From the NCBI GenBank assembly GCA_951406725.2, contig OX597827.1, positions 54,064,001 to 54,128,000 of the forward strand: a stretch of 64,000 bases of DNA, written 5' to 3'. The translations under genes were made by a program, and so were the position numbers. Positions 1 to 12,000 of the stretch are shown here, piece after piece; position 1 is the first letter of the stretch; every line of letters starts with the position of its first letter. Source of the DNA: Octopus vulgaris (Eukaryota). The notes under the pieces were generated by a model. The model was not told the DNA's origin and searched no databases. It was given only the letters and a program-made list of their open reading frames with translations.

Positions 1-594
1 GATGAGATTACGAGGTGTCCATATCTGTGTGGTATTAGTAAAGCAGAATGAGATTAAAAAATGTAAGTCACAGATTCAGGTAACTGCAAACTTGCTGCTA
101 TGTTGCTTATAAAAATAATTTCTTTTGACTAAGTACAAAATTCAGTTTATTCTTAATACATTCAGGCAAGTTCAGATGAAAAATATGCTGGTCATTGTAG
201 TGTATGTCATAGGGAAAAAAACTTTCACAATGACGTGTTCAACACACTCTGCTCATTGATGCATGGGATTCTTGGATGCTGATGTTTTGAGGTACCTGAT
301 TTTTTTTACAAGAGTCTATATTTGGTAGTAAGGAAGAAACAGAAGAAGTTTTGATGGTTTTGTTATTCTCAATTCTATGAGTGATTTAAAAGGTAGGAAT
401 CAAAATTGAGTTGTGGATTTAGCATCTTCCTTTTGATAAACATTTCATTTTAGGTGTCGATGTGGAAGTGTCTACACCAGGTATGGACAACCTTTTTCAA
501 GAAGAAGGCTACATTATGAAAAATATTCAAGGCAGTTTTTCATGTACTATGTCATTCAGAAAGTTTCATTGGCCACAATCTGCCTGTGACTGCT

Positions 595-812
595 CTATGT
601 AATTGCTTGACTTGCTAGAAAAAGCAGCCAAATCTCCATCTAATCTTGTCCTGCCATTGTAAAACAAAAACAAAGCAAACAAAAAAAAAAAAATTAAAAA
701 CAAATAAAATAAACAGGACACTTGGACAATTGATACCTCTGAAAATAAGACCTATGGTTAAAGCCTTTGACCATAGGCCTGCTTGATCAGGGATGATGTG
801 GGAGTAAAAACT
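595..812 (+). repeat. Old dispersed repeat (SINE/LINE-tail-like; other copies end in (CAA)n)
   Basis: Motifs GCTTGACTTGCTAGAAAAAGCAGCCAAATCTCC...GCCTTTGACCATAGG...CTTGATCAGGG recur in degenerate form at ~3665-3855(-), 23800-23992(+), 25180-25360(-), 30420-30570(-), 31415-31505(+), 42720-42910(-), 60335-60480(+), 61270-61460(-). Confidence 0.55.
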
Positions 813-923
813 ATCTCCTTTAAACTATTTTTGGTGTGTATTTTCAAATGTTTTTCAGGTGATGTTTTCTAGGTAAATTGTAATGGCATCTCTCACATTA
901 GATTTGTCATTTTAGTAAAAGTA

Positions 924-958
<35 letters not shown>

Positions 959-1306
959 TTCATATATCAGTAGGAACAGTTTCTTTGAGGTTTGTATTTA
1001 TCATTTCCGCTATCAGTATGTCAGTCTGCCTACCTGGTACCTCCTAGCTATCTGTCTGTTAATCTGTTTCTCTATCTTTGTATTTGTCCATTGATTCATG
1101 TCTAACTGGCTCTTCTCTGTCTCTATGTTTGTCTATTGATTCATATCTTACTGGCTTTCCATTCTTGTCTGTCTGGTTATCTGTCCTTTCAGTCAACCCA
1201 CACATCACCATTCAATCAATATAATTTTAAGAAAATTTCTTAAAATTTTCAGATGTGTACACATTTACCCATACTTTATTATCTGTCATTGTTATATGTG
1301 TATATA

Positions 1307-1466
1307 GGCACAGGTATGGCTCTGTGGTAAGAAGCTTGCTTCCCAACTACATGGTTTCAGGTTCAATCCCACTGCGTGGCACCTTGGGTAAGCGTCTTCC
1401 AATAGCCTCAGGCTGACTAAAGCTTTGTGAGTAGATTTGTTAGACAGAAACTAAAAGAAGTTTGTC

Positions 1467-1500
<34 letters not shown>

Positions 1501-1715
1501 CTTTGTGTGTTCCACCCCCACCCCCCCACTATGCTTCAAAACTGGTGTTGGTGTGTTTATGTACCCATAACTTAGCAGTTCAGCAAAAGACACTGATCTT
1601 AGCAAAAATAAATTCTTTGGGTCAATTCAGTCTACTGAAAGATTCTTCAAGGCAGTGCCTCAGCATGGCCACAGGCTAATGACTGAAACAAGTAAAATAT
1701 AATAGATAAAAGATA
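1307..1715 (+). mobile_element. tRNA-derived SINE family A (CORE-like; resembles octopus OR-type SINEs), full length
   Basis: Pol III A-box-like TGGCTCTGTGGTAA, B-box-like GGTTCAATCCC, CORE-like ACCTTGGGTAAG, internal (TA)n(TG)n tract, tail GACTGAAACAAGTAAAA; many copies in the window. Confidence 0.85.
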
Positions 1716-2553
1716 GTTTTTTGTGAATATATTATTTCAGTGTGATGTTTCATGCATACTGTGTATTGAGCAATGTTACATTTTGTTTGTGAAGTAGTTC
1801 AGTTAATCACCCCCCCCCCATGTTTTTTTTTTGTTTTTGTTCTTTGTTATTCCCAATGCTGATCAGGGGTGTTTGAATTTTTGGCTTATAACTATTTCAG
1901 CAGTGGACTGGCAGAATTGTAAGATCATTGGACAAAATGCCCGCAGTATTTAGTTATTTATGTTTGGAATGGTCAAATTTGTCTTTCATCCATCCAGGAT
2001 TGATGAAATATGGTACCATTTAAGTACTGGTTCAATTTAATATTCCTAGAAAATATTCTTGATGTGAATGAAATGAAAATGGGAAATGAAAACTGTTATT
2101 AAATCTTTAGACACATTCTTTTAAAAATAGCATCATTTTTATTTTTATGTCTATTTTTCCATGTTGACATGTGTTAGATGAAACTTGTTGATGTAGATTT
2201 TCTGTGGCCAGGGGTTAATTCCTAACATTAACTCCTAACATGTTTGTCAAGTAAGGCACCTTCATTCCACTTGTCCTCATCTGTTGGAACTGATGAAACT
2301 GCTGACATTTCAGGAATTTTGTTTCCTGGTGAATGTGAATAATGTCACCATTTTGCTGAACTGCTCCTACATAATGAAGATATGTAGAACCAGCATTCAC
2401 ACACACACACAAACACACATGATGGGCTTCCTCTCAGTTTCCATTCACTAGTTCCATTCAAGGTATTGGCCAACCTGAGGTTATTGTAAAAGGTACTTTG
2501 TAACCACACAACCTAGAATTGATAGCAACAGAAGTGTTGGAATGTAAGATTAA

Positions 2554-2766
2554 CCCTTTAGTATTAAGGTTATTCTGTATTATGTAATGCTTATTTATCC
2601 GCATTCATTTGAATTGGTCATGCATTGTTTTGTAGATTTTGCTGATGTGACTGTTTATTTTTAGAATGACATTGTAGGGTAAGTGTGTGGGGCCAGATCT
2701 AGCCAGTTTGAACACAAAATATGTAGAATATTTGGGTTGAATTTGGCTGGTTTAAATATTAATGGG
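2554..2766. mobile_element. piggyBac-type MITE
   Basis: Flanked by TTAA at 2550-2553 and 2767-2770; imperfect terminal inverted repeats CCCTTTAGTATT / AATATTAATGGG; second copy in opposite orientation at ~8362-8574. Confidence 0.7.
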
Positions 2767-3859
2767 TTAAATATTTTGTATGTTTTTAATCGTATCTTTT
2801 TGTCCAAGCCTTGATGGAATAAGTACCGGTCATATACTATGCTTATTCAGTTGACATTACCTTACCCTTAGAGTTTGTACCTATCTAAATCACTTTTTGG
2901 TAAATATATTCATTTTTACTTGAATTAAATAAAAGATCTATAAACTTCCTTGCTCACTCACACTATCCTGCTCTCTTTTGGTACAATGCAGGATGGGAAA
3001 AGACATACTTACAGACAAAGGTATTTCACCACCACCACTCAGCTCTTATGGTGTCAAGGGAAATATCTTTGTAAGGAGACACAGCTTCTTGAAAGTTTGT
3101 ATATATATACTCTGATGTACAAATAGATAAGATCTCATTCATCGTACCTTTTTTTTTTTTTATATATATATTTACTTAGATGTTTTGGTCTCCATGCTGG
3201 ATACCCTCCCCATCACTTCCTGATAAACTAGAAGAGGTTTATGTAAATATATTATCTTTCACTAAGTTTATCATTATAACTGCTGAAATTTGTGGAAGAT
3301 GATAGTAGATGTAATTTAATAACAGACATTTTCGAAGTCTTTCTTCTAAGTATAAATATAGGGTATGTTTGATGTTTTAGTGATTTTAGTTTGAATGGAG
3401 TGAGTTTTTTTTTTTTTTCATCAATGTCCAACACTCTGATCTTACTCTTCCTTGTCTTTATATTTCTTCTTCACCTCCTTCTAAAATTTGCTAATCATAT
3501 GTGTCTGGCTTTTGCTAGAGTTGCCAGTCTTGCATAGGACGCCCTTAGATTATGAAAGGCTGTAATTAGACCAGCAAGATTTTGCTCATAGTGTACTTTG
3601 CAGGTCTAAACTGCTGTTTCATGTGATTGTCTGTCAGCTTATAATGTAGCAAAGATCCCATACTATGTTGTTGTTGTTGTTTTGCCTCCAGAGAAAACTT
3701 TGATCAATAGACATACAACAATATTCTAGCCATAATCATCCTGACTTTTTTTTTAATGTAGTGTTTCTAAGAGTATATTATCCAGTGGGTCTTTTCTTTC
3801 TTTGATATTTTTAGAATATGATTTTTGAGAGAAGTAACTGCAGATCAAATGACCATCTC

Positions 3860-4069
3860 TTACTTGTTTCAGTCATCAGACTGCAACCATGCTGAGGTAC
3901 CGCCTTGAGGAATTTTAGTTGAATGCATCAACCCATGTGCTTATGTTTTTTAAAGCCTGGTACTTATGTTATTGCTCTCTTTTGCTGAACTACTAAGTTA
4001 CAGGAATATAAACACACCAGCATTGGCTGTGAAACAGTAAGGGGGAGGGGCAAACACAGACACACACAC

Positions 4070-4071
<2 letters not shown>
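3860..4071 (-). mobile_element. SINE family A, 3' half
   Basis: Reverse-complement tail TTACTTGTTTCAGTCAT and body GTACTTATG...CTTTTTGCTGAAC...AAACACACCAGCA, ending in a (CA)n/(TA)n tract. Confidence 0.8.
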
Positions 4072-4108
<37 letters not shown>

Positions 4109-4110
<2 letters not shown>

Positions 4111-4490
4111 CACAGGAGTGGCTGTGTGGTAAGTATCTTGCTTACCAACCACATGATTCCAGGTTCAGTCCCACAGTGTGACACCTTGGGCAAGTGTCTT
4201 CTACTATAGCCTTGGGCTAACCAAAGCCTTGTGAGTGGATTTAATAGACGGAAACTTAAAGAAGCCTGTCATATATATATATATGTATATATGTTTATGT
4301 ATATGTATTTGTCTCCCCACCATCGCCTGACAACCAATGTTGCTGTGTTTACATCCCCGTAACTTATTGGTTCAGCAAAAGTGACCGATTGAATAAGTAC
4401 TAGGCTTACAAAGAATAAGCCCTGGGATCAATTTGTTTGACTAAAGGCAGTGCTCCAGCATGGCTGTAGTCAAATGACTGAAACAAATAA
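4109..4490 (+). mobile_element. SINE family A, full length, inserted in a (TA)n tract
   Basis: GGCACAGGAGTGGCTGTGTGGTAAG...GGTTCAGTCCCAC...ACCTTGGGCAAGT...CAAATGACTGAAACAAATAAA, with (TA)n on both sides. Confidence 0.9.
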
Positions 4491-4521
<31 letters not shown>

Positions 4522-4525
4522 AACT

Positions 4526-5765
4526 CAAGGGCTTTAGAGTTAACCTAGAAAAAGTCAAAGTCTTAGTAAGTAGGGAGGCAGACAAACCACGAATCCCTTC
4601 AAGTAGATGGCCCTGCTTGATCTGTAGGAAAGGCATAGGTAGAAACTCTAAGAAGTACCCAGTGTAAGATATGAACACATAAGAGGTGCAGCAATATAAG
4701 AGGAAGGTTAACAAGGAAAATAGCTTTTGTGTGTGAAGATGCACTGATACAATAAACACTGAAAATATACAGGAAATAGACTCCATCGACTACTGTTGGG
4801 GTAAGGTAGAGGTAGTAGATAGCTTCCATTATCTAGGTGACCAAATTAGTAACAGAGGTAGATGCTCCAAGAGAATAGCTATGCGAATAAGATTAGACTG
4901 GGCAAAGTTCAGAGAGCTCCTACTTCCGCTGGCAACAAAGAGCTTCTCCTTCAGAGTGAAAGGCAGATTGTATGATGCCTGTGTGCGAACAGCTGTGCTA
5001 CACAGCAGTGAAACATGGGCTGTGATAGCCAAGGATATGTGTAGGCTTGAAAACAATGAAGCCAATATGCTTTGCTGGACGTGCAATGTCAGTGTGCATG
5101 TTTGATAGAGTGTAAGCACCTTGAGAGAAAAGCTGAGCATAAGAGGCATCAAATGTGGTGTGCAAGAGAGATGACTGTGCTGGTATGTGATGCTTATGAA
5201 CAAGGACAGTTGTGTAAAGAAGTGCTGATCTCTAACAAGGTGGTGTAGCATGATCTTTGAACTTTAGGCCTCACAGAAGCAATGACTAGTGACTGAGACC
5301 TTTGGCGATATGCTGTGCTTGAGAAGACCCGTCAAGACACATGTAATCATAGTCATGGCTGATGCTGGTGTCACATAACTGGCACCTGTGCTGGTGGCAC
5401 GTAAAAAGTACCTTTCGAGCATTGTGCCTCACAGAGGCAAAGTGGCTGATGCCAGTGGCACATTAAAAGTTCCTTTCAAGTGTTGGGCCTCATGGAGGCA
5501 ATGACCAAGACATGTGGCATTATGTCGTACTTGAGAAGAAGACACATCAAGCCAAGTAAAATTTCAGTCATGGAAGATACCGGTGTCATGCATGTAGCAC
5601 GTAAAAGCACCCATTACACTTTTGGAGTGGTTGGCATTATGAAGGTCATCTAGCAGTAGAAACAAACCATGCCAAATCAGAGTGGAGTCTGATGCAGCCT
5701 TCCAGCTTACCAACCCTGGTCAAACCGTCCAACTCGTGCCAGAATGGACAACAGATGCTTGATGA
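4526..5765 (+). mobile_element. 5'-truncated, degenerate RTE-clade LINE (RT C-terminal region plus 3' UTR)
   Basis: Frameshifted translation KGFRVNLEKVKVLV...WPCLICRKGIGRNS...HKRCS...KVEVVDSFHYLGDQIS...RIRLDWAKFRELL...KGRLYDACVRTAVLHSSETW matches the RTE RT/thumb pattern. The 3' UTR has internally repeated units (~5266-5610) and ends in GATGAT at ~5765. Confidence 0.88.
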
Positions 5766-6466
5766 TATATATGATAATAATAAGTGCCAAAACAAATTTT
5801 TGTGTTTCAGTGTGTCACACTTCGACCCCCTCCCTCTCACTATTCAGTGACACTTCTATTCCTCTTGCTGGCGTGAGAGAAATAGTAGGCAATGAGACAG
5901 TGAGGGCAGTAGTAGATTGACAGTTGAGATGGTAATGGGGTGATAGTAATAGTATGAGCTGTAGTTGTGATAGAGGCAAAGGCAGTGGTGATGATGGTGG
6001 TGGTGATGGTGATAGCTGAGGCGGTCAAGCATGATGATGATAGTAAGGGATGTGAAAGACAGTGGTAATGGTGGTGGAGGGGAAGGCAGTGAAGTCAAAG
6101 GTGTTGATAGTGGTGGTGTCAGAAGTCTGAATAGTGTGTGTATGGCAGTTGTGGTGGTGATGGTTGAAAACAATCAACAGAAAGAGAGAGAGAAAGAAAG
6201 AGGTTAGACTGAAAAAATAATTTTTCTGACCCCCGAATTGGAAGACAAAAAATGTTTATCATGAAGTTTTGTAGTAAGTTCCAAGTCAACAAATTATATC
6301 ATTGTTTTGATGAAAATTGTTCATTGCTTGAAAAATATTGGTCAAGTTTAATAAAATTTAATATGTACTCAATGCATGAAGTGTCATTGTTGGGCTCAAG
6401 GCCCAATGAAGAGCCCTCCACAGGAGCTAACTTAAAAGCCACCCTATCGGGTGGCTTTTAAGCTAG
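5766..6466 (+). mobile_element. Non-autonomous Helitron-like element
   Basis: Perfect 14-bp hairpin CTTAAAAGCCACCC-tatc-GGGTGGCTTTTAAG (6431-6462) immediately followed by CTAG|T (6463-6467). The 5' region ATATATGATAATAATAAGTG resembles a Helitron 5' end, but the 5' boundary is uncertain. Confidence 0.6.
5930..6170. repeat. Degenerate (GGT/GAT/AGT)n low-complexity tract
   Basis: Runs such as GGTGATGATGGTGGTGGTGATGGTGAT; explains the poly-His/Thr ORFs on the minus strand. Confidence 0.8.
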
Positions 6467-6469
6467 TAT

Positions 6470-6640
6470 ATATGTGTGTGTGTGTGTATGTGTGTGTATA
6501 TAATGGGCTTCTTTCAGTTTCTGTCTAACAAATTCATGCACAAGGTTTTGGTCAGTTCAAGATGCCCCACTGTAGGACTGAACCCAGAACCATGTGGTTG
6601 GGAAGCAAACTTCTCACCAAGAGGCCATGTCTGCACCTAT
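6470..6640 (-). mobile_element. SINE family A, 5' half
   Basis: GGGCTTCTTTCAGTTTCTGTCTA...GGACTGAACCCAGAACCATGTGGTTGGGAAGCAAACTTCT is the reverse complement of the SINE head. Confidence 0.8.
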
Positions 6641-7611
6641 GAAAATATCAGTACCTTGGTTTTTCTATTGGTTTGCACGATAGCATTCCATGCCTTGTTG
6701 AGAGGAAGAAATTTTCCAAATCTGATTTTTATCTTCTGAGCTCAGGGTTGATTTTTACCTCCTGTTGAAATTAATTATCAGTTTTCAATTAATAAGTGCT
6801 GCATGTCAAGTGAATTGAATATGCTGTAAAATACAGTTGCATCCAGGAATTTAGTACAGCACCCATGAACAACCATTTTATGTTAAATTCCTGAAGCCGT
6901 AATTCAAATTATTCCTTTGTAAAGCTGTGTATTTTATAGGATATGTATTTAATAGGAAATCTATATAATATTATGAGAATCACTTTTTTTATCTAAATAA
7001 TAATAAAAATTTAAAATAAGCTTCTAAGAACTGTTTGTGCCTTTATTGTTACATTTTATTATTACTATTATTATCATCATCACTGTTAATATTATCATTA
7101 AAAAAAATCTGCTATTATTATTGTTTCTGTTGTTGTTGTAGTTAGATAATTACATGCTGAGATTTTTGTGACAAGGTAAACCTATTTACGTGTTTCCTGT
7201 GAGGTCTTTTGATAAATGTCAAACAATCTTCTCTTAGATATTTCTTCCGTTTTCATATAAATTTTATTAAATCAACCAGCAATGGTGTAATATTGAGGTT
7301 CATTAATATATATGCCACAGAGAAAAAAAATATTCTGTCAATGTTCTTGTGTGTATGTGTGAAGAGGTATATATATATTGCACAATTTGATTATTGTGTG
7401 AACTATTGATTATTCACTTAACAAAAAGAGAATCTGGTGTGTTTTAGTTGAGTTAAAGGCAGTTTAAAGAGATATATATGCCTGGATTAAATGTTTTGTT
7501 ACATACATTTAGTTGACTTGCAGTTCTGTGTTCAGATATCACCAAGGATGACTTTTGATTTTTATCGATGTAAACTAGGTAAAACAGTTATCAGTATATG
7601 AGGAATGAAGT

Positions 7612-8067
7612 AAGGTAGCAAACTGGCAGAATTGTTAGTAAGGCAGCGAGCTGGCAGAAACGTTAGCATGCCGGACAAAATGCTTACTGGTATTTCATCT
7701 GCCGTTACGTTCTGAGTTCAAATTCTGCCGAGGTCAACTTTGCCTTTCATCCTTTCAGGATCGATAATTTAAGTATGTTACACACTGGGGTCCATGTATT
7801 CGACTTAATCCCTTTGTCTGTCCTTGTTTGTCTCCTATGTTTAGCCCCTTGTGGGCAATAAAGAAATAAGAATTGTTACCATGCCAGGCAAAATACTTAA
7901 CAGCATTTCATCTTTCTTTATGTTTTGAGCTCAAATTCTGCCATGGTCAACTTTGTCTTTTGTCCTTTTGGGGTTGATAAAATAAGTACCAGTCCTTGAC
8001 TGGGGTCAATGTAATCAACTTACTTCTCCCTTGAAATTGCTGGCGTTGTGCCAAAATTTGAAGCCAA
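7612..8067 (+). mobile_element. tRNA-derived SINE family B, outer copy, interrupted by a second copy
   Basis: Head AACTGGCAGAATTGTTAG resumes at 7869. Central GTCAACTTTGTCTTTTGTCCTTTTGGGGTTGATAAAATAAGTACCAG (MetaSINE-like domain by recall). Target-site duplication TATATGAGGAA(T/C)GAAG at 7595-7610 and 8068-8083. Confidence 0.8.
7641..7868 (+). mobile_element. SINE family B, inner (younger) copy
   Basis: GGCAGCGAGCTGGCAGAAACGTTAGC...GAGTTCAAATTC (B box)...GCCTTTCATCCTTTC...AATAAAGAAATA; TSD AGAATTGTTA at 7628-7637 and 7869-7878. Confidence 0.85.
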
Positions 8068-8361
8068 TATATGAGGAACGAAGAGTGTCAGCTGGTTGTA
8101 ACTTCTCATTCTGTATGAGACATAAAAAGTAAGGTGATTTAAAAAAAAAAGAAGAAAATTATAAGTTAGTTGAATGAGTAGTACCCTTAACATTTGGCCC
8201 TTCCAGACTAGCGGAATTGATGTGGTTGATGTGTAGCTTGAATCTCTGCTGTTGATCAGTGTCTGTTAGAAAAACATAGATGGAGAGATAATTCCAGGTT
8301 ACATTTCTGGAGATTACAGGCAAGGTAATGTGTTTAGTTTTGGAACTGAGTGTTGAAGCAC

Positions 8362-8574
8362 TTAACATTTAAACCAGCCATATCAAGCCCAAATATTCTA
8401 CCTGTTTTATGTTCAAACTGGCCAGATCCAGCTTCTTACACTAACCCTACAATGTCATTCTATAAATAACAAACATCACTGAAATTTCAAAGCTATATGA
8501 TGATGAATGATTAATTCAAAACCATGTGTATAAATACGTATCCTATTTGACAGAGTAGTCTGAACACTAAAGGG
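8362..8574. mobile_element. piggyBac-type MITE, second copy (inverted relative to 2554-2766)
   Basis: CCCAAATATTCTACC, GTTCAAACTGGCCAGATC and CCCTACAATGTCATTC are reverse complements of segments in 2554-2766; ends ACACTAAAGGG. Confidence 0.65.
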
Positions 8575-8681
8575 TGAAGCCCAATAAGGAAATCAGGAGA
8601 GAGAGCTGAGCAGAACATGTAGGCTCACTAATAGTACAGGCTATTTCTTCTTTTATATAATGTCTAATTTTTATTCATTTT

Positions 8682-9050
8682 AGGTGTGACTTTGTTATAA
8701 GAAGCTTGCTTCCCAACCACATGATTCTGGGTCCTGTCTCACTGTGTGGTTTCTTGGGCAAGTGCCTTCTGCTATGGCCTCAGGTTGCCCAAAGCCTTGT
8801 CAGTAGATTTGGTCGACAGAAACTGAAAGAAGCCTGTCATATATATATGTATGTGTATGTGTGTTTCTTTGTGTCTGTGTTTGTCCTTTATCACTGCCTG
8901 ACAATTAGTTTTGGTGCATTTTGGCAAAAGAGTCTAATAAAACAAGTACTAGACTTTAAAAAATAAGTCTTGGGATTGATACATTCAATTAAAACCCTTG
9001 AAGGCTGTGTCCCATCATAGCTACAGTCAAATGACTGAAACAAATAAAAG
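8682..9050 (+). mobile_element. SINE family A
   Basis: AAGAAGCTTGCTTCCCAACCACATG...TTGGGCAAGTG...AAACTGAAAGAAGCC...CAAATGACTGAAACAAATAAAAG. Confidence 0.85.
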
Positions 9051-12000
9051 ATTAAAATATTTATAAATATCATAAGTTACTTATACTGGCATAAGTACTT
9101 AAATGGAAAAAGCATATATTTTTAATCAACCCTGGATACATTGACGGAAACTTGACTCAGAATGTCAAAGCATGGAATTAAATATGCTACTACTACAATA
9201 ATGATGCAATGATGCCTTTTTTTAATTTTACACCTAAGGTTTGGAAGGGAATGGGAATAAGAAATAGTAATATTCATGTCTTTCACAAAGATTAGTAAAT
9301 TGAAATGGTTTTGATTAGGAATTGACTCAGTCATTAAAAATAATTTAAACGTCATTAGTAAGATAATTAAAGAAAACTGGAATATGGTGCAATGTATTCA
9401 AGTTGGTACAGTAGACAAAAACAACTGATTACTATATTACTGGTGGTTTGTTTTGCAGTTCAAATCCATTTTGGTTTCATTTTGCCTTTCATCTTTGCAT
9501 ATTACTTTTGATTATAACTATTTAAAAAAGAAAAAAAAAAACAACTTATAAATTGTGTTACAAATATTGCTCAAAAAATGATCAGAACATTTGTTTCTGC
9601 TTAACATAGCACCTTGCTATGTTCCTTGAGTTGTGATCATTTAAAAGCTAAATACTTCCGCTTATCTATTTGTCTGAGTGGTTAGCAGTTGAAAAAAATT
9701 CATCCAGCTAAAAGAAACTACAATCTATATACAAATATGAAAATTTGCAAATTCGCTCCTGCCATCATAGCAGACTAAAAATAGATGTAAAATAGTAAAA
9801 AAAACAAACAAACAAAAAAAAACACAAAAGTGCAAACATTTCCTCCCTTTATCTTTTTAAACTCTTTCTATGATGGCAAATTTTATAATTTAATCCATTA
9901 AATTATTTGCCTGTCTTTTCAAATATTGCTAGTCTTGTTATTGTATTCACTTCATAATAGTAATATTTGCAAATAAGTTATTAACCTCAGCTTTAGGGTT
10001 TGTTTCCTTGATACTACTTCTTTGGCAATGCTACAACCTTGGCACAAAGAATTAGACACATGTTTGACGCAAAGAATTAGAGACTTGGAGAAATGTCTGT
10101 ATGTGTAAAATAAGAGCTGCATAGAATTTCTGAGGTAAACTATTATCAATTATATGAATTTTCTCTAACCTCTGAATCACATATATCTAAAATAATGTAA
10201 CAGCATATATATGAAAAATGGTACTCACGGACATATGAATTAGCAAATAGCTCATATAATGACTACAACTTGATTTCAATCAATGCTATCACTTGATTGT
10301 TCTCTTAAACATGAAGATTATGCTTATAGCTTTTCAGTCCCTCTAGGGACCTATACTCTTTTGTACAGATGTGACTATGATGGGTGCCTTTTGCTGTAAG
10401 TGTATAGAGGGCTTGCTACCCACATTGACACATGCCTTCATTCCATCATGGAAATATGTTCATATATATCTGTGTATGTGTATGTATAATGTTCTCTTTC
10501 TTTATCTCTCAAAACATAGAAATATATGCTCATTTATGTATATCAACAGTTGGGAAGAACATTATTGTTAACATTTGTCATTAATAGATTTGGAGAATTC
10601 TTTTAATTTAAATCTAACAAAATATCGAGTCAATATAAAATAGGAGTGTTTGGGACATGAGTATTCTTGCTGAATATGTCTTTAGCATAATATGTCACTG
10701 GTTCACATTCTTGAGCTTGGTCCTCATCAAAAGCATCTTCAAGTAACAAAGTTCTGAACAAACTGAAAGAAAACACTTTGGAAGTTCAAGAAAACCACAA
10801 TTACTTTTCATATAAAATTGGTATTAGGAAAACAAACAATAAAGTTACAACTTTAATCAGATTTTTCAAAACATACTCACATATACACACACATACACAA
10901 ATACTCATGTCTAAAAACACTTAAAAGCAAAGTGAAGTTTAATATAAACATTTTCTAATAGCCTTAGACTTAAAACATACTTTTAATTTCAAAGCACTGT
11001 GTAGCAAATATCAATATTGAATGGGTAAGTTTTTGGTTTGCTCAATCCTCAATCTAATTTCAGCTCCAAATTGTAACAATTTTCCTTTGTTTAAATTTCT
11101 AAAGTCATTGGAAAGGTACAAGCATCATGACATCCATTTCCTCTCTCAAAAACTCTAAGACATTATTACATGAAATACTATAAGTAAATCCCATGTTGGA
11201 TATAATGGCTATTTGAAAAATCAAAATACCAGTAAACCTATTCTATTCAAGTTTATACAAACTCTTGTTTGTTTAAGCATTTTACTTCCAGTTAAGTAAA
11301 ATCTGTAATATTGTTGGTCCCAAGTGGTTTTGCTTAGGATATGAATTAACAATTCTTGTATTATTTCACAGTCAAATTTTATATTTTTACTGTTAATTTT
11401 AGAGAAGTGTTCTAAATAAAATGTGTCATATCTATAAAACACTACTGTTTATCTTCATTACTATTCTATTTTTCTCTTTCTTTCGCCTCTGCTCCACTAG
11501 ACTCTCTTTCACTCTCTCTTTCCATCACAGGGTGTATGAAGCATTAGGTTATCTGCTCATGTTTCACAATTTCATATTCATTGCAGGTATTTTGTATTTG
11601 CTACACCTCAATTCATCCAGTTATTGGGAATACAAAACAGCCCTATAAGAAAACTTATGTGTGATTGACTAACATCTCATTCAGGAACATAAATGAACAA
11701 TAAAGGAAGAGATTAAAATTTTCTCTCTTACATTAAAAAGTTCCTCAGTTCCTTCAAAATGAATGTAAATTAAGTTAGTACAATTCTTGTTATATCATGC
11801 ATTTCGCAACAGGCTGACAGATGCAGGCCTGTGTGGTACTGTGTTATACAGGAAGTTAAGAGTTAATTATTCTTTCATCACTTGGCTTTCTCACATCTTT
11901 GCTAACACTATAGCCACATCATCTGAACTTGACTCATCCATGAAAGCACTTTTACTTACATTAAAAGAATAACTTACTGCATAGAAACTTAATAGCAAAG

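Noticed and set aside
166-282. Possible terminal exon ASSDEKYAGHCSVCHREKNF...GC* after TTCAG
   Set aside because: Short, no recognisable homology and no supported partner exon.
4829-5251. 140-aa minus-strand ORF
   Set aside because: Antisense shadow of the RTE ORF2 fragment.
5840-6173. ORFs with poly-His/poly-Thr/poly-Pro runs
   Set aside because: They are translations of a degenerate (GGT/GAT)n tract inside a probable Helitron; no domain or splice evidence.
8270-8324. Possible micro-exon KNIDGEIIPGYISGDYRQ (AG...GTAATG)
   Set aside because: Weak polypyrimidine tract; joining to downstream candidates gives an early stop; unsupported without RNA data.
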